Below, piece by piece: positions 18,929 through 28,570 of a DNA stretch of 59,155 bases (positions are counted from its first letter, which is position 1; each line of letters opens with the position of its first letter). The stretch is taken from the NCBI GenBank assembly GCA_039648985.1, contig JBBWZJ010000208.1, forward strand, positions 1 through 59,155. The letters are read 5' to 3'. The notes under the pieces are model-generated. The model did not search any database. It was not told the DNA's origin and worked only from the letters and a program-made list of their open reading frames with translations. The DNA comes from Acidobacteriota bacterium (GTDB lineage: Bacteria; Acidobacteriota; Vicinamibacteria; Vicinamibacterales; 2-12-FULL-66-21). A program made the position numbers and the translations under genes.

Positions 18929-21900
18929 TCACTTATTCACCGTCTCATCGAGATTGAAGATCACACTCGTCACTGTCGTCCAGGCTGCGAGCTCGACTGG
19001 ATCCAGCCTGGGGTTTCTGGGAGACTCGCCAACCGACACGAGCTGCAGCGCGGCCGGACGATCGGCCTTGAACGAGACGAGCCGCTGATCGAGGAGCGTG
19101 CGCAGCACCTTCGTTTCTTTTCCGCTCGGTTTGCGCGTCGTCGCCAGCCGGAACGCGTACGCCAGCCGGGCCTCCGGGTCGGCGCCGCCTTCGAGCAGAG
19201 CCCGCTGCGCGAGCGCGCGCGCCGCTTCGACGTACGTCGGATCGTTCATCAGCGCCAGCGCCTGGAGCGGCGTATTCGTCAGCGCACGGCGCGCCGTGCA
19301 CTTCTCCCGATTAGGGGCGTCGAATGTCGCGAGCGACGCCGGCGGGACGGTGCGCTTCCAGAGCGTATACATGCCGCGCCGGTACAGGTCGCGCCCGTGG
19401 CTCTGTTCGTACGCCTGGGCGGAAAAGCCGTCGCCGAAGGCCATCTCCTCCCAGAGCCCCTTCGGCTGATACGGCAGCACGCTCGGCCCGCCGATCTGAT
19501 CGTTCAACAGCCCGCTCGCCGCAAGCGCGGTGTCGCGGATCATCTCCGCAGGCAGGCGGTAGCGCGGTCCCCGGGCGAGCAGCCGGTTCTCCGGGTCTCG
19601 TTCGAGAAGCGCCGGCGTCACTTTCGGCGACTGGCGGTACGTGGCGGAGGTCACGATCAGGCGCTGCATCGCGCGGATGTCCCACCCGGTCCGCACGAAT
19701 TCGGTGGCCAGCCAGTCGAGCAGCTCCGGGTGCACGGGTGCCTCCCCCTGCACGCCGAAATCTTCCTGCGTCTTGACGATGCCGATGCCGAAGTACATCT
19801 GCCAGAACCGGTTGACCGCGACCCGCGACGTGAGCGGATGATCCAGCTGCACGAGCCACTTCGCCAGCGTGAGCCGGTTGAGCGGCGCGTTGTCGGGCAG
19901 GGGCGGCAGCATGGCCGGCACGCCGGGCTGCACTTTCTCCGTCTGATTCCGGTAGTCGCCGCGCGCGAGCACGAACGTGTCCCGCGGCTTCTTCATCTCC
20001 GCCATCACCATCGTCGTCGGAATGACGGCGTCCAGCTGCTCCTTCTGCCGGCGCAGCGCCTTGAGCTCGGTGTACACCGTGCGCAGCGTCGGCGGCGCGG
20101 CGTAGGTGAGGAAGTACTCGCGCACCTGTTCCGCTTCGTCTTTCGAGCGCTTGCCGTGGACGCCCGACACGATCACGCGGACGCTGTCGTGGATCGCGAG
20201 CTGCTCGATCTGCGCGGGCGTGAGCACCCGGTCATACAGACGGAGGTCATCGAGCTGGCCCGTGAACGGCACGCCCAGATCCTTGCTGCCAACCCGCAAG
20301 GGGGCATCCGTTTTCACGGCGCCGGCGAGCGTGTCGGTCACAATGTCCGTCTCGGACGGCTTGCCGTTGACGAAGATGCGCAGACCAGACGCCTTGCCGG
20401 AACCGTCGTACACCAGCGCGACGTGGTACCAGTCGCCAAGGCGCAGCCGCTCGCGGGTACGGACCTGGATCCGTTGCGAGGGCGCGGACGCGAGCGTGAC
20501 GGTGAGCCGCGCCGCCCAGCGCTGGATCCCGACGAGCGTGATGTCTTCGAACGCCCATTCGTAACCACGACGGTGCGTCCCGTCGTCCAGTTTCTGGAAG
20601 ACCGACATCGGCAGGTTGCCGCGGCCCTTCAACCAGACCGCCAGGCTGAACGGGTCCGTTCGATCGAATGCGCCGACGTTCCCGAAGCTGACCTGGGTAT
20701 CGCCGTCGAACGACACCGCTCGCCCGATTTGCCCGGGATCGAACGTCGGGTCGCCGGTCACGGTCCGCCCGTGCTGATATCGGCCGGAGATGTCCGAGAA
20801 GCTGCCGTCCAGCTCGTAGTGGGCGACGAGCCCCTCGCCCGACGGCGCCGCCCTCTCGGGCAGGGTGGCCTCCCACGCGGCCTGGAGCGGTGCGACGACG
20901 GGATCAGCCACCGCGGCCTCGCGGGTCCGGATCGCGGCCGTGAGCTCGTCGAGACGTGCCTGCTGCTCGGGCGTTGGCAGCTGGATATACGGCTGCGCGT
21001 TACCCGTCCGGCCGTCGAGCCCCAGCTCGGGGACGTTATTGAAGAAGGCGAAGAACTGGTAGAACTCCTTGTGCGTGATGGGGTCGTATTTGTGCGAGTG
21101 GCACCGCGCGCACCCCATCGTCAGCCCCATGAAGGCGCCCGATGTCGCCTCCACCCGGTCGATGACGTACTCCACCTGATATTCGTCGGCGATGGCCCCG
21201 CCTTCGAAGTTGATCATGTGATTGCGGTTGAAGCCTGAGGCCACCTTCTGATCGCGCGTGGCGTTCGGCAGCAGGTCGCCGGCGAGCTGCTCGATCGCGA
21301 ACTCGTCGTACGGCATGTTGCGGTTGAACGCGTCGATCACCCAGTCGCGCCAGGGCCACATGCCGCGCAGGCTGTCGATGTGATAGCCGTGCGTGTCCGC
21401 GTAGCGCGCCGCGTCGAGCCACGGCATGGCCATGCGCTCTCCGTACCGGGGCGACTGCAGCAGCGCATCCACCCGCTTCTCGTACGCATCCGGCGATCCA
21501 TCCGCGAGGAAGGAATCGATCGCCTCCGGCCCGGGCGGGAGTCCCGTCAGGTCGTACGTCACCCGCCGCAGCAGCGTCGTCTTGTCAGCTTCCGGAGAGG
21601 GCTTCAACCCCTCGCGCTCGAGCCGCGCGACGATGAATTGATCGATCGGGTTGCGCACCCAGCGCGCCTGCGCGGAGGTGACGACGGGCGGCTCGGGGCG
21701 CTTCGGGGGAATGAACGCCCAGTGCGTGTCCCACTTCGCGCCGTCGTCAATCCAGCGCCGCAGCAGGTCGATCTGCTTCGCCGTCAGCGTGTGGCCGGTC
21801 TCGGCCGGCGGCATCCGTTCGTCGGGATCGGGATTGGTGATCCGCTGGACGAGAAAACTGCCTTCCGCATTGCCCGGGACGATCACGCCCTTCTTGGCGA

Positions 21901-22129
21901 ACGCACCGTCATGCGTATCGAAGTGGAACTTCGTTTCGCGCTTGTTCTCGTCGGGACCGTGGCAGGCGAAGCAGTTGTTCGACAGAATCGGCAGGATGTC
22001 GCGGTTGAAGCTGACCGGGGGCGACGGGGCTCCCTGCGGTCCGGGCGGCGCCGTGGGGCCGGATGCCCGCGCGATTCCGATGCAGGACATCGCGAGGCCG
22101 AGCGCCCAGGCAGGGCGGGCAATGCGCAT
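18929..22129 (-). CDS. Planctomycete cytochrome c / DUF1549 / LamG / DUF1553 (PSCyt-PSD1) protein
   Basis: [29 protein letters not shown], LamG insert ([17 protein letters not shown]), [12 protein letters not shown]. Confidence 0.92.
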   Translation of the reverse strand: MRIARPAWALGLAMSCIGIARASGPTAPPGPQGAPSPPVSFNRDILPILSNNCFACHGPDENKRETKFHFDTHDGAFAKKGVIVPGNAEGSFLVQRITNPDPDERMPPAETGHTLTAKQIDLLRRWIDDGAKWDTHWAFIPPKRPEPPVVTSAQARWVRNPIDQFIVARLEREGLKPSPEADKTTLLRRVTYDLTGLPPGPEAIDSFLADGSPDAYEKRVDALLQSPRYGERMAMPWLDAARYADTHGYHIDSLRGMWPWRDWVIDAFNRNMPYDEFAIEQLAGDLLPNATRDQKVASGFNRNHMINFEGGAIADEYQVEYVIDRVEATSGAFMGLTMGCARCHSHKYDPITHKEFYQFFAFFNNVPELGLDGRTGNAQPYIQLPTPEQQARLDELTAAIRTREAAVADPVVAPLQAAWEATLPERAAPSGEGLVAHYELDGSFSDISGRYQHGRTVTGDPTFDPGQIGRAVSFDGDTQVSFGNVGAFDRTDPFSLAVWLKGRGNLPMSVFQKLDDGTHRRGYEWAFEDITLVGIQRWAARLTVTLASAPSQRIQVRTRERLRLGDWYHVALVYDGSGKASGLRIFVNGKPSETDIVTDTLAGAVKTDAPLRVGSKDLGVPFTGQLDDLRLYDRVLTPAQIEQLAIHDSVRVIVSGVHGKRSKDEAEQVREYFLTYAAPPTLRTVYTELKALRRQKEQLDAVIPTTMVMAEMKKPRDTFVLARGDYRNQTEKVQPGVPAMLPPLPDNAPLNRLTLAKWLVQLDHPLTSRVAVNRFWQMYFGIGIVKTQEDFGVQGEAPVHPELLDWLATEFVRTGWDIRAMQRLIVTSATYRQSPKVTPALLERDPENRLLARGPRYRLPAEMIRDTALAASGLLNDQIGGPSVLPYQPKGLWEEMAFGDGFSAQAYEQSHGRDLYRRGMYTLWKRTVPPASLATFDAPNREKCTARRALTNTPLQALALMNDPTYVEAARALAQRALLEGGADPEARLAYAFRLATTRKPSGKETKVLRTLLDQRLVSFKADRPAALQLVSVGESPRNPRLDPVELAAWTTVTSVIFNLDETVNK

Positions 22130-22165
22130 GCGCGCATATTAATGTAAAACGAGCGGCAGGAGGCG

Positions 22166-22528
22166 TCAGGTCCTGGCCTTTGGCGATTTCGGCTGCCCGC
22201 TGTCCTGGCGGCCCCACAGCCAGCCGACGACCCCGACCGCCGCGAGCCCCATGACGCCCTTCTTGAGTAAGTGCCGCCCCTTCGGGGCAGGGATCTCGCC
22301 TGTCGAGAAGCGGCGATACGCGTCGAGCTCGCCCTGCGCATGCGTGGGCATTTCGGCCGTGCGGCCGGCCGCGACCACCGGCGCCTCCGTGCGCGGGCGT
22401 CGGCGGCGCTCATCGGAGGGGACCCAGCGACTCAGATATGTGAATGTCTCGGACGCACACACCGGGCATTGGCCCTCGTCGTGCACTTCTTCGCAATCCA
22501 GGCAGAGCCTGGCGGTTCGCAGCTGCAT
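22166..22528 (-). CDS. Hypothetical zinc-ribbon protein with C-terminal membrane anchor
   Basis: CLDC..CPVC; C-terminal GVMGLAAVGVVGWLW; TACACT 6 nt before ATG. Confidence 0.75.
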   Translation of the reverse strand: MQLRTARLCLDCEEVHDEGQCPVCASETFTYLSRWVPSDERRRRPRTEAPVVAAGRTAEMPTHAQGELDAYRRFSTGEIPAPKGRHLLKKGVMGLAAVGVVGWLWGRQDSGQPKSPKART

Positions 22529-22605
22529 GGTTGCAGTGTACTCCGCAGCCCGGAGAGCGGGAGCGGACGGCTGAGCTGCCCGCCCCGTGACGAAGGAGCG
22601 ATCCC

Positions 22606-23340
22606 ATGAACGTCGGAACGCGACTGCAGGCGGCAAGAGAAGCCCGGGGCCTGTCAATCGACGACATGGCTGCCGCGCTGCGAATCCAGGCGCGTTACCT
22701 TACCGCCATCGAGCAGAACGACTGGCGCGCGTTGCCGCCGCGGCCGTACGGACGCGGCTTCGTTCACGCCTACGCGTCCGAGGTCGGCGAAAGTCCCTAC
22801 CAGACCGTCCAGGAGTTCTTCGCGCAGTTTGCCCCGCCACCGCCGCCCGCCCCCGTGCCTGCGGCACAGCGCACACGCATCCCGCAGCTGGCGAGTACGG
22901 GGTTCCAGATGCCGCGAGCGGCAGGGATTGTCGCCCTCTTCTGCGCCGTCGTGGCAGTCGTCGTCGCCACGACGTTTCGGAGAATGCCCGAACGCCAGGT
23001 GCGATCGCGTCCGGAGATCGGCACCGGGGGAACCACTACGCCGCGCGTCGTGGGTAATACAGGTTCCGCACCGGCGCCCGTGCCGGTCCAACCACCGCGC
23101 GCTCCGGTTGCCGTCGAACTCGAGGCCACAGGGCGGGCGTGGGTGGCCGGGACGGTGGACGGCAAGCGGGCGATTTACCGAACGATGCAGCCGGGCGAGC
23201 GCCAGAGCCTGGCGGGGCACGACAGCATTTCGCTGAGGGTGGGCAATGCGGGTGCAATCCGCTGGCGCGTCAACGGCCGGCCCGAAGAGATGATGGGACC
23301 GCCGGGGACTGTCAAGTCGGTGCGAGTGACCCCGGAATAA
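22606..23340 (+). CDS. rodZ: RodZ-like protein (HTH + TM + DUF4115)
   Basis: VGTRLQAAREARGLS...YGRGFVHAYA HTH, TM helix, VGNAGAI C-terminal domain; AAGGAG RBS. Confidence 0.82.
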   Translation: MNVGTRLQAAREARGLSIDDMAAALRIQARYLTAIEQNDWRALPPRPYGRGFVHAYASEVGESPYQTVQEFFAQFAPPPPPAPVPAAQRTRIPQLASTGFQMPRAAGIVALFCAVVAVVVATTFRRMPERQVRSRPEIGTGGTTTPRVVGNTGSAPAPVPVQPPRAPVAVELEATGRAWVAGTVDGKRAIYRTMQPGERQSLAGHDSISLRVGNAGAIRWRVNGRPEEMMGPPGTVKSVRVTPE

Positions 23341-23388
23341 CCACGGACCCGGGTTCGCCCGCGGGCGGAACCAGTTACAATCGAGCCC

Positions 23389-23571
23389 ATGGCTGCGATT
23401 CCGCTGATCATCGAAAACCAGCACGACGGGCTGTGGTACGTCGTCGACCTGCCGGACAACTGGGTTCCGCAGGGCGGCATCATCACCATATCGCCGTCGG
23501 ATCGCCCGTTTCCCACGCGGAACGCCGCCCAGCACGAACGTGCGAAGCGGACCCAGGCCCGGCGCAAGTAG
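23389..23571 (+). CDS. Small hypothetical protein (60 aa)
   Basis: TACAAT 7 nt before ATG (leaderless pattern); non-repetitive globular composition. Confidence 0.6.
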   Translation: MAAIPLIIENQHDGLWYVVDLPDNWVPQGGIITISPSDRPFPTRNAAQHERAKRTQARRK

Positions 23572-23883
23572 GACCGCGTCACACTCGGCCCCCGCGCGAG
23601 TCACCTTCGGCCCGAACAAACGCCTCTCACCCAGCTCCGCGGAACGATCGTTCCAAAGTAGAGCAATTCCACGCCGCGCCCGTCCCCCGGGCGGAATATC
23701 AGCCAAAACTGCCCAATTCAGCATCGTTTGACAGTGTTCCACGACGGGGCACTTCGAGGCTCGCGCGCGGCGCTGCACCAGGCCGCCTGGTGTTCCGCGA
23801 CGACCGAAGCACCTGATACGGGCCCCTTTGAATACAAGCGGTTAGCGCGACGTTCGGCTGCGGCGGTGGCTTGCGAACGGCGG

Positions 23884-23899
23884 CGGTACCGCGCTTGCG
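23884..23899 (+). promoter_or_regulatory. Candidate sigma54 promoter
   Basis: CGGTACCGCGCTTGCG, GG-N10-GC with TTGC, upstream of the GGDEF gene. Confidence 0.35.
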
Positions 23900-24012
23900 T
23901 GATTTCTGACCGTACAGTCGTAAAAAGTCATGTATTCGCTCAACTCGCACCACGTCGCGCCTGACATGTCATCAACCGGGACTCCGCCGCCGCGGGTCCG
24001 AGGGTCTGGCCG

Positions 24013-26379
24013 ATGAAGTCGTTCACGTCCACGCTGCCGACGTTGATGTCGCTGCCGCGCGCGGCGCGGGTCTATGTCGCCGCAGTCATCGGCGCGGGCG
24101 CCGGCTGCATGATCGCCGCGGCCATGCATCTGCGGTTCGAACACCCGTGGCTCTTCGGGGCGCTGCTCGCGCTTGGCGCGGCGACGTCCACCGCGAAGAT
24201 CGAACTGCCGCTTGGACGCAGCCAGTCGAACCTCTCGCTTTCCCACGCTGTGAACTTCTGGGCGCTGTTTGCGATCGGGTCCGCTCCGGCGGTCTGCATC
24301 GCGGCCGTGAGCGCGTGGGCACAGTGCACGTTCGGGCGGGGCGCGCGCAACCCGCTGCACCGAATCGTGTTCAGCATCGCTTCGCTGACGATCACGGTCT
24401 GGGTCGCCGGCATTCCGCTCGGGCTGCTCCTCGGCGCCGATCCCGCGAGCGCCGCCGCACTGGCGCGCGCCGCGGCCGTCGTCGGGCCGCTCTACTTCTT
24501 CGTCAACGCCTCGCTCGTGGCGGGCGCCATTGCGCTCTCGACGCGGGAGCCGCTGGGGCGAGTGTGGCGCCGCAATTTCCTCTGGAGCGCGCCGAGTTAT
24601 CTCGCCGGTGCCGCGCTCGCCGCCGTCGCGACCGCCGCGACCACACGGGGCGCATTCGGGTGGTTGATCCTGCTGGCGCTGCCCCTGTATCTCGTCTTCA
24701 GGAGCTATCACAGCGTTGTCGGACGCCTCCGCGAGGAGCAGGAGGAAACACGGCGGGCGATGGAAGTGCAGCTGGCAACCGTCGAGGCGCTGGCGCTCGC
24801 GATCGAGGCGAAGGCGGGATCCACACCCGAGCATATCCAGTCGATCCAGCAGTACGCGGCCCTGCTGGCCGAAGCCAGTGGTCTGTCGGATGTGGAAGTC
24901 CAGGGGGTGCGGACCGCCGCCCTGCTCCACGACATCGGCAACATGGCCGTACCGGAACACATCCTCGCCAAACCGACACCGCTCACACCGCAGGAGTTCG
25001 AACGGATCAAGAACCACCCGCGGGTCGGCGCCGAAATCCTGCGGAATGTGCCTTTCGGCGCGCCGGTTGCCGACATGGTGCTCTGCCATCACGAACGATG
25101 GGACGGCCTCGGCTACCCCGGCGGCCTCCGGGGCGCGGACATCCCGATCGGCGCGCGCATCCTCGCGATAGCGGATTGCTACAGCACGATGCAGTCGGAT
25201 CGCCCGTATCGGCGCGCCCGGACCGAGGGAGCGGCGATCGCGGCGCTGCGGGAACAAGCGGGTGCGGCGTTCGATCCGGCGCTCGTGGATCTCCTCATCG
25301 CGCGCGTGCATCGCTCGCAGGCAGCGCGCAGCGGGGACGAAACCGGGGAGGACACCTGGACGCAGGGCGAAGGCATGGTCGCGCTCCAGGACATCGCACA
25401 GACCCACCGGGAAGAGCAGATGCTCTATGAAATCGCGCAGGCGCTCGGATCGAGTCTCGGCGTCGCGGACGCGATGGCGCTCGTCGGAGAAAAGGTGCGC
25501 CGCCTGGTGCCGTTCGTGACCTGTGCGCTCTTTCTCGGCGACGACGCCGACGGATACGTCTGCCGCTATGCCCACGGACCCGGGACGGAGGCGCTGCTCA
25601 ACTGGGCGCCGCGATCGTGGAGCGAGATCGCGCTCAGCTTGCCGGCGTGCGCGGATGGCCGTGGGATTCACGGCGAGGAGTTGGCGGCGATGCTCCCCTG
25701 CCCGCTCACGTTCGACGGGGTGCTCATCGGCGGCATTGCGCTCTATCACACAGTCCCGGGGCATTTCACGGACGAGCACCGCCGGCTGCTGGCGCGGGTC
25801 AGCGAGCAGACCGCCGCCGTCATCTTCAATTCGACGCGGTTCGAGCAGACGCAGCACGAATCCCACACGGATCCGTTGACGGGCCTTGCGAACCGCCGGT
25901 CGCTCGATCGCCAGTTCGAGGCCGGGCTCGAGCGCGCCGCGCGCAACCAGGGAACCGTCAGCCTCGTTGTGCTGGACCTCGATCGCCTCAAGGAAATCAA
26001 CGACACGTACGGGCACGAAGCGGGCGACCGGGCGCTCCGCGCTGTCGGCACCGTTCTGGGATCGACCGTCGGCGAGGACGATTTGTGCGCGCGGTTCGCC
26101 GGCGACGAGTTCGTCGTGCTGCTGTGGGACAGCACGCCGGAGCAGGAAGCGCACCGGGTGCGGCAGCTGCAGAACGCGATCGCCGCGTACCCGTTCGAAC
26201 CGCGGCCGGGCGTGCGGGTCTCGCTGTCGATCAGCGCCGGCCCCGCGCGATTCCCGGTGGATGGCAGCACGTTCGAAGAACTGCTGGCCGCTGCGGACGA
26301 GCGGATGTATCACGACAAGGCGGGCCGCCGCTCCAGGAACTCGGGCCGCCATGCGGCGATCGTCCAGGAACGGGCATAG
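24013..26379 (+). CDS. Membrane HD-GYP / GAF / GGDEF c-di-GMP turnover protein
   Basis: Multi-TM N-terminus; LHDIG, HHERWDGLGYP; DPLTGLANR, DLDRLKEINDTYGH, RFAGDEF. Confidence 0.92.
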   Translation: MKSFTSTLPTLMSLPRAARVYVAAVIGAGAGCMIAAAMHLRFEHPWLFGALLALGAATSTAKIELPLGRSQSNLSLSHAVNFWALFAIGSAPAVCIAAVSAWAQCTFGRGARNPLHRIVFSIASLTITVWVAGIPLGLLLGADPASAAALARAAAVVGPLYFFVNASLVAGAIALSTREPLGRVWRRNFLWSAPSYLAGAALAAVATAATTRGAFGWLILLALPLYLVFRSYHSVVGRLREEQEETRRAMEVQLATVEALALAIEAKAGSTPEHIQSIQQYAALLAEASGLSDVEVQGVRTAALLHDIGNMAVPEHILAKPTPLTPQEFERIKNHPRVGAEILRNVPFGAPVADMVLCHHERWDGLGYPGGLRGADIPIGARILAIADCYSTMQSDRPYRRARTEGAAIAALREQAGAAFDPALVDLLIARVHRSQAARSGDETGEDTWTQGEGMVALQDIAQTHREEQMLYEIAQALGSSLGVADAMALVGEKVRRLVPFVTCALFLGDDADGYVCRYAHGPGTEALLNWAPRSWSEIALSLPACADGRGIHGEELAAMLPCPLTFDGVLIGGIALYHTVPGHFTDEHRRLLARVSEQTAAVIFNSTRFEQTQHESHTDPLTGLANRRSLDRQFEAGLERAARNQGTVSLVVLDLDRLKEINDTYGHEAGDRALRAVGTVLGSTVGEDDLCARFAGDEFVVLLWDSTPEQEAHRVRQLQNAIAAYPFEPRPGVRVSLSISAGPARFPVDGSTFEELLAAADERMYHDKAGRRSRNSGRHAAIVQERA

Positions 26380-26393
26380 CGGCTGCTCGCAGG

Positions 26394-26505
26394 TATCAGC
26401 TATCAGCTACTCGCTTCCAGCTTCCGGCTTCCGGCTTCCAGCTTCCAGCTTCCAGCTTTCAGCTTTCAGCTCTCAGCTCTCAGCTCTCAGCTCTCAGCTC
26501 TCAGC
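26394..26505. repeat. Heptamer tandem repeat array
   Basis: TATCAGC x2, then GCTTCCR, GCTTTCA and GCTCTCA units. Confidence 0.9.
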
Positions 26506-26590
26506 GCGGTTCACAGGCTGGCGGCGCCGCATCTGCAGCTGCCAGTTCTCTCCAGTTCGCCGCTCGCCGTGATTCGCGCTCAAATGCCTG

Positions 26591-26886
26591 TGAGCTATCA
26601 GCCATCAGCTATCAGCTGTCGGCTGCGAGATGGGAGCTGCGAAGACGTGAGCTTCAAGCCGGAGCGGCGTCGCTGGTAGCGTCGCTTGTCCCCGGCAGGG
26701 CGTCGTCGACAACGGGCAGCGGGGAGCTGCCGAATAACGCGTAGCGCGTCGCCGACAACCGGTAGCTCGACCGGGAAGCGGATAGCGAGTAGCGGGGAGC
26801 GAGTAGCAGGGAGCGCGTCGTCGATAACCGGAAGCCGGAAGCTGACAGCTGACAGCCTGACAGCTGAAGTCTGAGACCTGATAGCC
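26591..26886. repeat. Degenerate heptamer repeats (both orientations) with three 21-nt direct repeats
   Basis: GCTATCA units near 26595; inverted units CCGGAAG/GCTGACA/CTGATAG at 26828-26886; GCGTCGYCGAYAACSGNAGC-type repeats at 26700, 26746, 26815. Confidence 0.7.
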
Positions 26887-26919
26887 TTGCGCTATGGTCC
26901 CATAAGCCTCACGCATGGG

Positions 26920-26949
26920 TTGACCCCGAAAATCATCGCCGCTTATACT
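26920..26949 (+). promoter_or_regulatory. sigma70 promoter of the thr/ilv operon
   Basis: TTGACC-18 bp-TATACT. Confidence 0.75.
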
Positions 26950-26958
26950 AGAACCCTG

Positions 26959-27054
26959 ATGTCACCGCAGATCATCACGACCAGCATTCGCCAGACCCGG
27001 ACCCGGACGACGAGGATTCGGGCTGTCGGCGGGGCTTGCGCGCTGGCCGGATAA
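26959..27054 (+). CDS. thrL: Thr/Ile-rich attenuator leader peptide (31 aa, [31 protein letters not shown])
   Basis: 6 Thr and 4 Ile in the first 20 codons; lies between promoter and terminator upstream of thrC-thrA-ilvA. Confidence 0.85.
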   Translation: MSPQIITTSIRQTRTRTTRIRAVGGACALAG

Positions 27055-27076
27055 GACATCGTCCCGGACACCACGC

Positions 27077-27112
27077 AACCCGCCGGCCTCCACGGGCCGG
27101 CGGGTTTTTTTT
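27077..27112 (+). terminator. Attenuator (rho-independent terminator)
   Basis: AACCCGCCGGCC-TCCACG-GGCCGGCGGGTT followed by a T run; alternative pairing possible with GTCGGCGGG in the leader. Confidence 0.9.
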
Positions 27113-27193
27113 CGCCGCGCGACGCGCGGCCGCTCGAGGGTGAGCAGCAGCCATGGTCTTCACATCCGCCGCATTGGCGCGGGCGCTCCCGTC

Positions 27194-28570
27194 ATGATCG
27201 GCGCCGCCCGGGGATACCGCGCCGTCTTTCGCTGCACCGCCGGTTGCCCGGGCGACCACAGCATCTGGCAGCCGCTCTATCGCTGCCCCTCCTGCCGCTC
27301 GCTGCTGCAGGTCGTGCACGACGTCGAGGCGCTGCGCGATCGCACGGCTGCCGAGTGGCGCCGTCTCTTCGACGACCGCTACAAGCGTACGGCGTGGCCG
27401 TACGGGTCCGGCGTGTGGGGGAAGAAGGAGTGGGTGTGCCCGGAGCTCCGAAACGAGAACGTGGTCTCGATGGACGAAGGCGGCACCAACATGTTCTGGG
27501 CGGAGCGGTTCGGCCGCGAGCTCGGCATCGAGGACCTCTGGGTCAAGCAGTGCGGCAACTCCCACACCGGCTCCTTCAAGGACCTCGGGATGACCGTCCT
27601 GGTGTCGGTCGTCAAGCAGATGGCGGCCGACGGCGCGGGCGTACGGGCGGTGGCCTGTGCGTCGACGGGCGACACGTCCGCGGCCCTGGCCGCGTATGCG
27701 GCAGCGGCCGGCATCCCCGCCATCGTGATCCTGCCGCGGGGCCGGGTGACCCCCGCGCAGCTCGTGCAACCGCTGGCGAACGGCGCCCGGGTCCTGTATC
27801 TCGACACCGACTTCGACGGCTGCATGAGCATCGTGCGCCGGCTCGCCGAAGAGGAGGGCGTGTATCTCGCCAACTCGATGAACAGCCTGCGGCTCGAAGG
27901 CCAGAAGACCCTGTCGATTGAAATCGCGCAGCAGTTCGACTGGGAAGTGCCGGACGTCGTCATCGTCCCGGGCGGCAATCTGGGGAACGTGAGCGCGATC
28001 GGCGCCGGCTTCGACCTGATGATCGAGCTCGGGGTGATTGCCAAACGCCCGCGCCTCGTCGTCGCCCAGGCGGCGGCGGCCAACCCGCTCTACACCGCGT
28101 ACCGCAATGACTGGAAGTTCGAGCCGATCACGGCGCGTCCGACGATCGCGTCCGCCATCCAGATCGGCAACCCGGTGTCGATCGACAAGGCCATCCGGAC
28201 GCTTCAGCGGTTCGACGGGATTGTCGAACAGGCCACCGAGGGCGAGCTCGCCGATGCGGCCGCGCGGGCGGATCGGACAGGCATGTTCAACTGCCCCCAC
28301 ACCGGCGTGGCGCTTGCGGCCCTCGAGAAGCTCGCCGCGCGCGGCATCATCGCGGGCACGGATCGCACGATCGTGATCTCCACCGCGAACGGCTTGAAGT
28401 TCAGCGACTTCAAGGTGGCGTATCACACCGGCACGTTGCCCGGCGTCACGCCGCGGCACGCGAATCCCCCCGTCGAACTGCCGAACGACTACGACGCGGT
28501 GCGTCGGGCGGTGGACAGCCTCGTGACGGCTGCCCCCGCGGAATCGCCTGTCGCCCGGAGCCGCTCGTGA
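27194..28570 (+). CDS. thrC: Threonine synthase (plant-like subfamily)
   Basis: HTGSFKD PLP lysine, [18 protein letters not shown]; alternative GTG start at 27140. Confidence 0.95.
   Translation: MIGAARGYRAVFRCTAGCPGDHSIWQPLYRCPSCRSLLQVVHDVEALRDRTAAEWRRLFDDRYKRTAWPYGSGVWGKKEWVCPELRNENVVSMDEGGTNMFWAERFGRELGIEDLWVKQCGNSHTGSFKDLGMTVLVSVVKQMAADGAGVRAVACASTGDTSAALAAYAAAAGIPAIVILPRGRVTPAQLVQPLANGARVLYLDTDFDGCMSIVRRLAEEEGVYLANSMNSLRLEGQKTLSIEIAQQFDWEVPDVVIVPGGNLGNVSAIGAGFDLMIELGVIAKRPRLVVAQAAAANPLYTAYRNDWKFEPITARPTIASAIQIGNPVSIDKAIRTLQRFDGIVEQATEGELADAAARADRTGMFNCPHTGVALAALEKLAARGIIAGTDRTIVISTANGLKFSDFKVAYHTGTLPGVTPRHANPPVELPNDYDAVRRAVDSLVTAAPAESPVARSRS

Noticed and set aside
23572-23880. c-di-GMP riboswitch upstream of the GGDEF gene
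   Set aside because: No GEMM consensus (GGCAAAC..GAAA..GCAAAG) recognisable; an Rfam scan would be needed
23842-26352. Long antisense ORFs (e.g. 23842..26352, 26975..29050, 34305..36635, 56615..58492)
   Set aside because: Shadow ORFs opposite real genes, expected in high-GC DNA
26700-26835. Possible mini CRISPR array
   Set aside because: Repeats are degenerate, spacers are unequal and themselves repetitive, and there are no cas genes
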